The notes under the pieces were generated by a model that searched no databases, was not told the origin of the DNA, and saw nothing but the letters and a program-made list of their open reading frames with translations. A DNA stretch of 63,968 nt, filler included, from Saprolegnia diclina VS20 (Eukaryota), in the NCBI RefSeq assembly GCF_000281045.1. It is 6 parts of 2 records of this genome, joined end to end, with 100 filler letters (N's around TTAATTAATTAA, not from the genome) between each part and the next. Parts side by side here need not be neighbours in the genome. Positions count along the whole stretch, not along the records: positions 1 to 20,244 come from NW_008246068.1; 5 more parts are not named here. One strand, written 5' to 3'. The position numbers and the translations under genes were made by a program. This document shows positions 1 to 10,581 of this stretch, piece by piece. Position 1 is the stretch's first letter. The number at the start of each line of letters is the position of its first letter.

Positions 1-1385
1 GTTGTAAGATGGTAGTAGCTACGTGCCACCCCATCTGCTTACTGCTGTCTTCCCATGACCAACTCGACGCCCCATTCGCATTGACTGTGCAAAATCTTGC
101 ATGAGGGTGCCCGAAGACGGTTATTCGATTTCTTAGCGTCGCGTAAAAGCTTTGCTGTTGAGCGAGACCTTGATGCATCGCAGGAGGAAGGGGGTAGCTA
201 CGACCGCTGCTATCGACACGCGGTGTGTCATTGTAGAACACCGCAACGTCGTCACAGCCCACGAAAGCGCTACAAAAGAGCCAAATGAAACCAATCCCAT
301 ATGGACAGGACAGCAGACCGGCTTGGAGACGGCTGGGGGCTATATTCTCTTCTTGTCGCAATAGCAGTGACGCCGCTTCGCCAATCGACTCCATCTGTGT
401 AGCAGCATCGCGCACGAGCGGCTCAACGGGGCCTTGTTGCTTTGTTGTTGCAGTTGTCTTTGTAGTACACAGTTTCGTGCCAAACGTAGAGGTGCGAAGC
501 GGAAACAAGATGGCGTGAGCACCGTTGTGCTTGATGCGGCGCCGCTTACGGTGGTGTACGACGCGCGGCACCTCGCCGGTGTGCTTGGTGCTGCAGCCGT
601 CCAATTTGTGATCTTGGTTGTCAGTGGTGGTGCGACCCTCGACATCGTCGTCTTCATCGTCGTCGCTGTCCATATCGAAACTGAGGTGCGTTCTAAGCAT
701 CGCACTGTAGAGCCATGCAATAAACTCTACAGAAACTACCGCTTCGCCGAGTCCAAGAGCTGGTGCGCGACAAACGTATCGTTGAGGTACACAAGGTCGT
801 GCTACATCGAGTAAACGCTCTGCAAAGGGACCATGAAGCCTGTGACGCACCGGTGCATTTTCGGGGCTCTGCAGTCGCATCGGCTTTCCGTCGACGCTCG
901 AGCTGATACGAGTACGTGCTTTTGAGAGCTATTTGCGTTGTGACGATGACCTTGATATTCTTAGAGCGCTGCGCCATCTTGATAGCTTTCAGAGGCACCA
1001 ACCGACGCATATTTTTGTCGTTGGTTTGATGCAGTCAACGTCATTGAGCTGTGACTTTACCATGCTTCGGGTTTGCAGCCACCCCACGCTGTCGGGGCTC
1101 GAGCTTTCGGGGTGTCAGCTCATCTCTGCTTCACAATGCGGTCCATTCGCGTGATCCCGTACGTCGTTCCAGTATGTCTTGCTCGCCTCACCAATCCGAG
1201 CACCATCGACGCTATTATCGATGCTGTTTTTCCTCATGTCTTCTCCAACGCTGGCGTTGAGCAGGCACATGATGCTGGGCTCACCGATAACTTGTATTTT
1301 GTATTCAATACAAATACGGAGTGAAATAGAATGTTGTAACTGCCACAGCACCATTTGCCGGAAGCAGGTAATAATACAGCCGACG

Positions 1386-2254
1386 ATGAAGAAGGCGAAG
1401 ACCGGTCGTGGTGCTACGAACCGAGGCTTGGCTTGCCTCGAGATCCCCGATGTGTGCAAGGCCATCCTCGCTTACTGCTTCCTCGATGATGCGCAGAGCC
1501 TGAGCGCCATCGTGCTCAGTAAGGCGACCACGCGATCGGTCGCCGAGTACGAGGAGCTCTGGACCGGCCTCCTTATCGCTCACTACGGCGAGCTACGCTC
1601 GCACCCAGCAGTGCGNNNNNNNNNNNNNNNNNNNNNNNNNNNNNNNNNNNNNNNNNNNNNNNNNNNNNNNNNNNNNNNNNNNNNNNNNNNNNNNNNNNNN
1701 NNNNNNNNNNNNNNNNNNNNNNNNNNNNNNNNNNNNNNNNNNNNNNNNNNNNNNNNNNNNNNNNNNNNNNNNNNNNNNNNNNNNNNNNNNNNNNNNNNNN
1801 CGTCGTTGAAGAACCACGGACTTGGCGCGGCTGCGGCTGTCTTTCATCGCGCTGGTCCCGAACTCGACGACCATATCGCGCGCCTGCACTTTACACTTGT
1901 ACAGGCAGTAGCACAGCAAACGCCGTCGTCACGCCTGGATTCGGCGCCAACGTCATGCACCTTGTACATTGTTGTGGTCCATCGATACACGCTGTGAATG
2001 CTGACGAGGTGCTGTATGCGACGTGCATCAAGGCGTTCCAGCATTGTCTGTCCTTGAACGTCTCGTGCTTGGCCATTGCGTCTATTTCAACCGGCTCGCT
2101 CGGCTTTCCCGCAACTTGTGCTGCGAGACAGGCGCTGCGCGCGTACCGCGACTTTGTCAAGACGTGCCGGTGGCGTGCAACCGTGGCCTTTGTGTGTAAG
2201 GCAAAGCTCCTGGAGCGCTACAACAAGCACGGTCGTAGCTCCAACCTAGCCTAG
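1386..2254 (+). pseudogene. F-box-like + macrodomain protein, frameshifted paralog of 5503-6408 (interrupted by N gap 1616-1800)
   Basis: MKKAK...CLEIPDVCKAILAYC...LW...HYG N-terminus; macrodomain segments NHGLGAAAAVFHRAGPEL, AVVTPGFG, HLVHCCGP, ASISTGSLGFP. The frame shifts near 1895-1920 (32 nt where the paralog has 21), and the C-terminus lacks about 12 aa relative to the paralog. Confidence 0.65.
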
Positions 2255-2517
2255 ACGATACGCCCTTGTTGTGACGATAGGATGATACGCTTTTGAACAG
2301 CCGACCGCGTCGTGTAAGTGTTAGATCCGTCCTCTCTTTAATATTAGTCGTAGTCGATTGCACATTGGCAAGTCGCAGTGCATGGCGCAATGAACTGCTG
2401 CAGCAAAATCGTGGAAGCAGATGTTACGAAGGTACGTGGTGACTACAACGTACGCGGTATTTGGGATAACACAGTGACGTTGGTTTTTCCTCGTAAAAAT
2501 TCATCTATTAGTTCTCC

Positions 2518-3468
2518 TTACTGCCACATTTTGCGAGGCTTCATGTGAAAGTTCTCATACAAGCGCATGAGGTTGCGCTCGAGCATCGCAACCGTGACCT
2601 TGCCGACAAGCGGCACGTACTTGACGCCGGGGATCTGCATGAGAGCGGCCTCGTCCACGTTCTTGTGCGACGCGACGTTGATGATGACCGTGCCTTCCGA
2701 GACCCACTCCAGCGGCAGCTTGTACGACGCGACAGGCACGCCCGTGATGATCACATGCGACTTCTTAGCAGCTTCGGCCGGCGTCTCACTGCACTCGATG
2801 AGCTTGCCGCGGCGGAAGAGGTAGAGAGAGTTGATGTCGACTGAGTAGACGTCGGCGCCGTCGTTGGCAAGCATGGCTGCGAGTGGGCGGCCCACAATGT
2901 CGCTGCGGTTGATGATCGTGATGCGCTTGCCGAGCAAGTGCTCGCCCTCGGGCTGGCCAAAGTTGTACACGTTGAGGTGCTCGAGGATCTTGACGATCGC
3001 AAGCGGCGTGCAGGGCAGGACGCACTTTTGCGTGCGCTCGTCGTCCACGTAGCGGATGTTGCGGTAGAGGTTGCCGCGGTAGTACTGGCAAAGGCCCTCG
3101 ACGTCCTTCTTGATCGAAATCGAGTCCCGGATGAAATCATCCATCGTGCCGCCGTAGAAGCTCGGAAACGTGCCAAAGCACGGGTAGTAGACAAGGATGC
3201 CGTGCACTTCTGGGTCTCGGTTGGCGTCCTCGACAGCTTCCTGGAGACGCTCCTTTGGCACCTCGCGAAGCTCGTACCGGATGCCATCGCGGACGCAGGC
3301 CTTGCCCGTCCACTCGGCGTACTTGCGTGCCGATTCGTCGTCATTGGCGAGGAAACCGACGAGCTTGGGGCCGATGCCACGCAGCTCCGTGCGGACGTAC
3401 TCCTTCATGGCGGCCGAGAAAGGCGCGGCGACCTCCGTCGCATTGACCTTGACAGCAGGCTGGCTCAT
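2518..3468 (-). CDS. MTD1: NAD-dependent methylenetetrahydrofolate dehydrogenase (yeast Mtd1-like, FolD family), 316 aa
   Basis: Intact ORF; KDVEGL, LPCTPLAIVKILE, INRSDIVGRPLAAMLANDGADVYSVD and GKVTVAML match the monofunctional Mtd1 subfamily. Confidence 0.92.
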   Translation of the reverse strand: MSQPAVKVNATEVAAPFSAAMKEYVRTELRGIGPKLVGFLANDDESARKYAEWTGKACVRDGIRYELREVPKERLQEAVEDANRDPEVHGILVYYPCFGTFPSFYGGTMDDFIRDSISIKKDVEGLCQYYRGNLYRNIRYVDDERTQKCVLPCTPLAIVKILEHLNVYNFGQPEGEHLLGKRITIINRSDIVGRPLAAMLANDGADVYSVDINSLYLFRRGKLIECSETPAEAAKKSHVIITGVPVASYKLPLEWVSEGTVIINVASHKNVDEAALMQIPGVKYVPLVGKVTVAMLERNLMRLYENFHMKPRKMWQ

Positions 3469-4434
3469 GCTGGTGGCGGGGATCGTGGAAGATGGAAAAT
3501 GATCTTCGCTCGCCGCCCGCGAAAAACCGAAGCGTAAACAAACGATGTTCCAAAGGATGCGTTAGCCAATCAGCGCGCATGATTTCGTATCCTTTCGACC
3601 AAGCGCCGTCTTGCGCTTAAAAAGTTGCTCTGCCAAGAAATGCGACGCGTTCATTGCTTTCACCTCAGACGACGCGCCCTGCTCGGCGCTCACATTATAC
3701 AAGCAAAATGAGTTACTTACTGTGGAGTCTTATGTACGGGCACTAGCTCACAGCACCAAATTACAGGAGGTTGGTTGTTGCGTCATCATTGAACTAACCG
3801 TCATGACGCGTGATGCGCTGTGAAGAGTACGCTTACATCCCACGTCCTTTGCCACAACAGAGAGGGCGCAATACGGGCTGCTCAATTGGTGTCAACGTTG
3901 CTGCTGACGACACATAGGATATACCGCGCTGAAGGTTGGCACCTCGTCTTCTAGGCTGTTCCAAGCGCTGTTGCTCCTTCGAATGTTGCTGTTCGTTGCG
4001 CGGGGCCAATCACGGCACGTGCCTTCGCGGCAAACCAATGGCCCGTTGTAAACCTCCAGGAACACGTACCCGTGACACTGTATCATTTGCATAAAGCTCA
4101 ATATATCGATATTCACGGTCTCTCACCACAATGAGCCAATCCGGCACAGGTACGCCAAATTTTAATTCAAAGTTGGATTGAAATAATATAACTATTTGTG
4201 TTCTTTCTTCAGCTGACACGGTTACGAAACTTCTTGATTAAAATGTCTGGATTGAAATAAAAAACGAATATTAATTTGAGCTTGGAGTCTGGGAATAAAA
4301 AACGCGCCGTGATTGGCTACTTGGAATTTGGCACAATTATTGGTGGAGAGGAGACTGGTTGGCTGGCTGCGAAGTTGGCCACGGCCTTCCGGAGCTTAAT
4401 TTGGGTTTGCATTTCCTCAAGACAAGAAACTAAG

Positions 4435-4611
4435 GTAAGGAGACATGCTTCATGCACATGCAGGACCGACGACATGGACGACGCTTCCGGGCAGGAGTAT
4501 GGGCACGACCTCCTCCTGATAAGCAGCGGAGTGCCTCCGGCCTCGGAAGCGGCGCCACAAGCAGGCTGCACGACAATAGGACATGGATCATTGACGCCGA
4601 TATTTCCGTAG
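4435..4611 (+). other. Probable 5'-UTR intron of RPL28
   Basis: Donor AAG|GTAAGG at 4435, branch-like TTGAC, acceptor TTTCCGTAG immediately before the ATG at 4612. Confidence 0.6.
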
Positions 4612-5043
4612 ATGAGCAACGACACCTTGACCTGGTTGTTGACCAAGAACAACAACGCCTTCCTCGTGAAGGGTGTCCAGCCCAACTCGGACTTCTCGCG
4701 TGCCTCGTTCAACTTGTTGAACCGCCACTGCCGCAAGTACGATGCCCTCTCGGCCAACAAGGCCGTCGGCATCACGCTTAAGGACAAGAAGATTGTCTTG
4801 ACGACGAAGATCGCCAAGGCCGCCAAGACCCCTGCCAAGGCCACCCACTCGGTGCCGCTCAACAAGGGTTTCCGCGCCAACGCCCACACGATCCGCGCCG
4901 AAATCTCGCGCAACTTCTACCGTGGTGACCTCAAGCGCGCCGCCCTCGCTCGCTGGACGCAGCTCAACCGCGTCGCCAAGATCGAGAAGGGTGTGCTCAA
5001 GAAGTCGGTCCTCAAGACCAAGCGCAACCAGTTCAAGGCGTAA
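4612..5043 (+). CDS. RPL28: 60S ribosomal protein L28e, 143 aa
   Basis: LTWLLTKNNNAFLVK, FS...FNLLNRH..KY, YRGDLKRAALAR; basic protein with strong codon bias. Confidence 0.93.
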   Translation: MSNDTLTWLLTKNNNAFLVKGVQPNSDFSRASFNLLNRHCRKYDALSANKAVGITLKDKKIVLTTKIAKAAKTPAKATHSVPLNKGFRANAHTIRAEISRNFYRGDLKRAALARWTQLNRVAKIEKGVLKKSVLKTKRNQFKA

Positions 5044-5502
5044 ACACACTGCTATTGTGACCAACTCGAAATGCAGGAATGTTTATTGGGTCAAGCCCGT
5101 CGACCTCGCCAAGGCCGGTGTGTTTGCCTAACAAGGAATGCAAGTCTAGGAATTCTTTTGTCTTGTCCTTATCGCGACTGCCTTTGTACACACAGAATCC
5201 TTATCGACTCGTTGTGAATCCGAGCTTGTCAGATTGAGGACCAAATGCACAGAATTGCAAAAGGTACCGCCGCCCTCACCAGCTGGAATCGCCAAGGCTT
5301 ACTCACACCACTGATTCGCTGATTGTTGATTTCAGTGAAGCGAGCGAGGTCTCGTTGTACAGTTGCAGCACAACCGTCGTTCAAGCACCGCTGCGGACGA
5401 AGCATGACTGTTTACATGTTCATGAATGTTCCATAGTCACTCTTCACTTCGCACATTCTATTCGGCGCCCCTGGCTTTCTCGCCAGCATGTATTGTGGGG
5501 AG

Positions 5503-6408
5503 TTAAACGACCGCCATGACTTGAAACGCGTGTGCATTGAAGCGATCCAAGAGCTCGTTCTTAGCTCCTTCAAGGCCCGCGGCGACCTGCGCGTCATAGC
5601 ACACAAAGGCGATTGTCGCGCGCCATCGATGCGTCTTGACAAAGTCACGGTACGCACGCAGCGCGAGAGTCGTTGCCGTCTGCAGCGGGAACCCTAGCGT
5701 GCCCGTCGAAATGGACGCGACAGCGATGCACGTGACGCCAAGACGCCGACAGTGCTCAAACGCGTTCAGATACGTGTGGTACAAGAGAGGATTGCAGTCG
5801 AAGCGGTGGTGCGACGGCCCGACGCAGTGCACAAGGTGCTCAACGCCAGCCGCGAATGCTGGCGTCACGACAGCGGTTGATTCGCGGGCATTCATGTGCA
5901 AGCGGGCAACATGCGCGTCAAGCGCGGGGCCTGCACGCCGAAACACAGCAGCAGCGGCGCCAGTGCCCGCGTTTTGAAGCGACGCATTCGTGGGGAACAC
6001 GAGGCAGTCGACGGGCTGACCATTGACGTCTGTGATCGTCTCAATGTTGCCCTGGATAATGCGAGCGCGTTGCAAGATGCCCCACTCGACTGCCGTCTCG
6101 CAAAACTCAATGCACGCGGAGGACGGCGCAAAACCCGGCGTGGGGACGGGGACACTTCCGATAGGGCATGGACTCGCAGCGGGAAAGTGGCGGCGATAGC
6201 CAAAGCTCGCAGAAACGAGGTTCGCCCAGACGTCGACGTCCTCGGCGACCGCTCGCGTGCCAACGTTACTGAGGACGACGGAGCTCAGTCGCACTGCCGC
6301 CTCCAAGGAGCAGCACCCAAGGATGACCTTGCACACGTCGGCGATCTCGAGGCAGGCCGCGCCAGCGTGGCTCGTCGTCGTCGTGTCGCTCTTGGCCTTC
6401 TTGGACAT
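5503..6408 (-). CDS. F-box-like + macrodomain (Appr-1''-p processing/ADP-ribose-binding) protein, 301 aa
   Basis: Intact ORF from MSKKAK. Macrodomain: RIIQGNI, VDCLVFPTNASL, GTGAAAAVFRRAG, AVVTPA, HLVHCVGP, IAVASISTGTLGFP. N-terminal LEIADVCKVILGCC...RLSSVV...VWANLV..SFG resembles an F-box. Confidence 0.82.
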   Translation of the reverse strand: MSKKAKSDTTTTSHAGAACLEIADVCKVILGCCSLEAAVRLSSVVLSNVGTRAVAEDVDVWANLVSASFGYRRHFPAASPCPIGSVPVPTPGFAPSSACIEFCETAVEWGILQRARIIQGNIETITDVNGQPVDCLVFPTNASLQNAGTGAAAAVFRRAGPALDAHVARLHMNARESTAVVTPAFAAGVEHLVHCVGPSHHRFDCNPLLYHTYLNAFEHCRRLGVTCIAVASISTGTLGFPLQTATTLALRAYRDFVKTHRWRATIAFVCYDAQVAAGLEGAKNELLDRFNAHAFQVMAVV

Positions 6409-7048
6409 TGCGCTCGTGAGAGAATGAAGGTCCTCGGTTGAGCGGTTGACGTCAGGAATCCAAATTGCCAAATAGAGATTCTTTTGTCAGGCGGTGTATT
6501 ACCGGGGTTACCACTATGGGTTTATTTTTCTACGTGGTCTATCATCAAGCTACTTGATCGACCAGCAGCGTTCGCGGTCATGAGCCAGACCCGTGTTGCG
6601 GAGTTCCACTTGGATGCGACCGAGGGCCGACCTGGAGCTGCAGCACCCGAAGGTACACGGATGGCTCACTAGAACACGCGGGCTGATGGAAGTCGTTGGC
6701 TTGGCGACCGACGCGAAATGTCGAGTGGTCTGCTGTTGATGTAGATTGAATGCTTGTGATGAAGGCTCGTGGTGCCGACTCTGGTCGAGTTATTTAGTTT
6801 TGGCGTCTTGGTCGGTCGTCGTGCATGAAAGTGTTTTCGTTTTGGCGCTGGGCTTGTTGACTTGTTTTCGTTCTGGAGGCGTGGAGCTGGGCGGTTGGCT
6901 GGATGAATTTGTTTTCGTTTTGGCGGCGTGGCGCGTTGGATTCGGTTTCTTTGTTTGGGTCGATGTCTTGGGTTTCGGGGTCGGATGATATGGATCTTGC
7001 TGCTGCAGGTAGATGGCTGATGGCGTTGGCGGTGGCTGCTGGCTGATT

Positions 7049-7118
7049 TGTGCTCTGTGCTCTGTGCTCTGTGCTCTGTGCTCTGTGCTCTGTGCTCTGT
7101 GCTCTGTGCTCTGTGCTC
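7049..7118. repeat. Perfect heptanucleotide microsatellite (TGTGCTC)10
   Basis: Directly visible 70-bp perfect tandem repeat. Confidence 0.97.
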
Positions 7119-7542
7119 ATATTGGTTCTGTGTTGGATCTGATGTTGCTTGTGGTCCCCCTGACCGTTGTTTTTGTTGCTGGCTGGCTGGAGCATGTCGT
7201 CCGTCGTCTTCCTCGGATACGTCGTCTTGTACAGCGTGGCGATGAGTTCCTCATCGCTCAGCGTCGCTTGATCTGATGGCGCGGCTCGCAGCAGGCGAAG
7301 GCGTCATCTGACAAGGCCTCCTTCTGCCGCGGCCTGAATGACCGACGGCCGCGCCTCTGAGGATGCGGCCACTCGTCGGTTGGTTTCGCTTGCGGAACGG
7401 CTGGAAAAACGCAGAATTTGCCAAATAGAGATTCTCTGGCGCTCTGATGCAAATATATGAACGTGAAGCGTTGCCAGTTGTTGGCACCGACGTGGACAAC
7501 ATTATGGCAACAGGAATTCCATTAAATACACGACAAACTGGT

Positions 7543-9576
7543 CTACGCATCACTAAAGTTGTCGGTTTGGCGGTACGTGAAATCGGCAAAGGTCTCGGCA
7601 CCCGGAAAAGCCGCGTCGTTCACGACTGACTCGACCGTGAGCTTGTCCAGGCGGCTGCCAGTCGTAGCATTGGCTCGCGGCACGAAGGGCGGGCGGATTT
7701 GGCGACGATACAGCTTTTCCCACTGGACGTCCGCAAAGAAGGGGTGCGCCATGATCTCTTTCCCGCCGCGGAAGCCGAGACGCATGCTCGGGTCGCGCGT
7801 CATGAGACCACGGAGCAGCGAGCGCGCGTCGTCGGAAAAATGTTTGGAGCTCACGTCGAGGCGCTCGTGTAAAATGTTGTGGAAATTCTGCTTGCGGTTC
7901 GGGTGGTAGAACGGGGTCGAACCGCTGAGCATCTCGAACATGACGACACCAAAGCTCCACCAGTCGACCGCTTTGCCGTAGCTCTTGCGCTGGAGGATCT
8001 CGGGTGCGAGGTATTCGGGCGTACCGCAGAACGTCGTAGCGTCGTCCGCGGCCTTGACGTGCTCGCGGCTCAAGCCAAAGTCGGCAAGCGCGATAAAGCC
8101 GTCGCCATCCATCAAGATGTTTTCAAGCTTCAAGTCTCGGTACACAATGTGCAGCGTGTGCAGGTGCGTGAGCGCGAGGACGAGTTGGGCGCCGTAGAGC
8201 TTCGCTTGATGCTCTTTGAAGTGCCGCTGGGTGCGGAGGAGCTGGAAGAGGGTGCCGCCAGAGTAGTAGTCCATGACAAGGTACAGCTTGCCGGCGTTCT
8301 GGAACGCGTACCGAAGACGCACGACGAACGGGTGGTCAATGTCTTGGAGGACTTTGCGTTCGGTCTTGGTGTGCTCGACTTGGTTCTTGGCGACGACGTG
8401 TTGCTTCTTGAGTACCTTGACAGCGTAAATGCCGCCACCGACGCGCTTCCGGACCAGAATGACCTTGCCAAACGCACCCTTCCCAAGCACTTGAAGGAGC
8501 TCAAAGTCGTCAATGGTCATGGGCTCCCGCTTCGGCTTGCTCGAAGACGACTCCTCCTTGGCTTGTAAAAACTTGGTCACGACGTTGACGTTACGCCAGC
8601 GAAGCTCGGCGCGCTGGAATTCGAATGCACTCGGGGCATCGAGGAAGCGAAAGACGGACGAGAGGACAGTTTGCGTGATTGTGTTGGACGAGCGCGGGCC
8701 GGCCGAGAGACTGAGGCCAAAGTAGCCCTGGCCGATCTCGTGGCCAAACGGTATGGTCTCGGACGCTTCCCAGCACACGGAGCGCGACGAGACAAACGCC
8801 TGCAGCTCGGACGGGCACTTCTCGGTGGTTTGGCACTCGAGGAACCCGAGGTTCCCAAGGCGCGCCTGGAGGTTGTACATGATGTCGGGGTTGAAGATAA
8901 ACTTGTGGATGAGCACGCCACCGTAGCCGTAGCCGAGGAAGTGAATCTTGTGGGCCGCCGACGGAAAGATGTAGTGCTCCCACACAAACTGCACATGCTC
9001 TTCCGGCGTCTCGGAGCCGGGGATTGCGACCTTGTAGCCGTCGGGTTGAAGCACAGTGTTGACGTTCGGGTTCATGACAATGACGCCATAGCCCTTCTCG
9101 ATGGCCTTGGCAAAGTACGGCAGCATGCTCCCGACATTGACACCGGAGCGGAGGAGAAGACTCCGGCTCCAGACGCCGGACGTCGCCCCGCGGGAGCTGC
9201 ACACGAAAACGAGGAGCTTCTCGGCCACGGACCAGTTGCGCGACGTGTAAAATTCGCAGGACGTTGGCGCGCCCACATACGGAATCGACTGAGCGACGAA
9301 GCCGAGCTCGTCTTCCATGCGCGTGTGCACGTACGTAATGACTTGGCCGAGCATGGCCTCCGAGTGGAGGATCTCCGGGTCCATGATGCGCTCGCCGGAA
9401 GACCGGTCGCAGAGGAAGCCCGTGAGCGGGTTGATCGTGTAAAGCGGGTCGTCGAGGTCGACGTTCGAGGTCGGCATGGCGGGCTCGTCGTCCGCGTCGT
9501 TGTCACTGGTCGGGACGGTGGCTTCTTTATCTTTGGAGTGGGATGGGGCGGAACTGAATTTGGCGAGGAGCGTGTC
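7543..9576 (-). CDS. AGC-family Ser/Thr kinase (AKT/SGK/S6K-like) with N-terminal Arb2/FAM172-like domain; 5' end lies in or beyond N gap 9577-9826
   Basis: Kinase: LGKGAFGKV, YAVK, YRDLKLEN, DFG, TFCGTPEYLAPE, hydrophobic motif FADFTY. Upstream SGVWSRSLLL..GVNVGSMLPYF.KA..KGYGVIVMNPN and TPEEHVQFVWEHYI resemble FAM172/Arb2. Confidence 0.88.
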   Translation of the reverse strand, partial: DTLLAKFSSAPSHSKDKEATVPTSDNDADDEPAMPTSNVDLDDPLYTINPLTGFLCDRSSGERIMDPEILHSEAMLGQVITYVHTRMEDELGFVAQSIPYVGAPTSCEFYTSRNWSVAEKLLVFVCSSRGATSGVWSRSLLLRSGVNVGSMLPYFAKAIEKGYGVIVMNPNVNTVLQPDGYKVAIPGSETPEEHVQFVWEHYIFPSAAHKIHFLGYGYGGVLIHKFIFNPDIMYNLQARLGNLGFLECQTTEKCPSELQAFVSSRSVCWEASETIPFGHEIGQGYFGLSLSAGPRSSNTITQTVLSSVFRFLDAPSAFEFQRAELRWRNVNVVTKFLQAKEESSSSKPKREPMTIDDFELLQVLGKGAFGKVILVRKRVGGGIYAVKVLKKQHVVAKNQVEHTKTERKVLQDIDHPFVVRLRYAFQNAGKLYLVMDYYSGGTLFQLLRTQRHFKEHQAKLYGAQLVLALTHLHTLHIVYRDLKLENILMDGDGFIALADFGLSREHVKAADDATTFCGTPEYLAPEILQRKSYGKAVDWWSFGVVMFEMLSGSTPFYHPNRKQNFHNILHERLDVSSKHFSDDARSLLRGLMTRDPSMRLGFRGGKEIMAHPFFADVQWEKLYRRQIRPPFVPRANATTGSRLDKLTVESVVNDAAFPGAETFADFTYRQTDNFSDA

Positions 9577-10581
9577 NNNNNNNNNNNNNNNNNNNNNNNN
9601 NNNNNNNNNNNNNNNNNNNNNNNNNNNNNNNNNNNNNNNNNNNNNNNNNNNNNNNNNNNNNNNNNNNNNNNNNNNNNNNNNNNNNNNNNNNNNNNNNNNN
9701 NNNNNNNNNNNNNNNNNNNNNNNNNNNNNNNNNNNNNNNNNNNNNNNNNNNNNNNNNNNNNNNNNNNNNNNNNNNNNNNNNNNNNNNNNNNNNNNNNNNN
9801 NNNNNNNNNNNNNNNNNNNNNNNNNNCATTGCATGCTCTCCCACGGCCGTCGAGCAGGATGCGGACAGAGTACCCTCAGGCTTGCTCGCAGTGCTTCCTC
9901 GCTCATTGAGCAACATGTTTGCTCCTGCGATCGCCACATCTCTGCGGTGCTTACTACTGCTATGTCAGAGATGATGCGTTGCTGTTCGCGGGAAAGAAGG
10001 GCGTGTTCCTCGACGTCTGGATCTGAGCAAATCGTAACGTGCAGTCGCCTTGGGAGAGGCCAAACATCAAACTGCCACACAACTATGCGGTCGCCACTTG
10101 GCTTAGAGACCTCGACCAGCTGGCTCTGCAGATGACTGTAACAGAGTAGAGCACCGTCGACGACAAGGCTCATCCAGCTGTATCTGCCTGCTTGCATCGC
10201 ATTGAGGTCGGCGCTTTCGCACGACGACCGCCGTGAGCAACGACGACGTGGCGATAGCGACGCTGCGAGTCATTGCCGTTGCACGACGCATCCCATATCC
10301 CACAAAGCTATCCCACAGCGTGCGACGATACAGCGACAAAAACAGCCAAGAGCCACCGGTCATGCATGACGTGGCGGGATCGAGCGTTTGGCTTTGCCCA
10401 ACCCCCGGCCAGTCGGCCCCTATCCGGAGGCGCTATCCGGATACACCAAATAGACAGGCATCGCTGTGTGTTTCTGTATTATTAAAATAAATGAATCTGC
10501 TAATTTCATTCTACTATACTATTGGCCATTGACAAAAATGAATTAAATAACATTTTAATTTGCCTCCAAGATTGACCCAAG

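Noticed and set aside
1..673. Minus-strand frame MDSDDDEDDDVEG... open to the window edge
   Set aside because: No recognisable domain and incomplete; cannot be called from this window.
6794..7276. ORFs on both strands containing (STEHRAQ)n or (LCALCSV)n
   Set aside because: The repeats are translations of the heptamer microsatellite; no other coding support.
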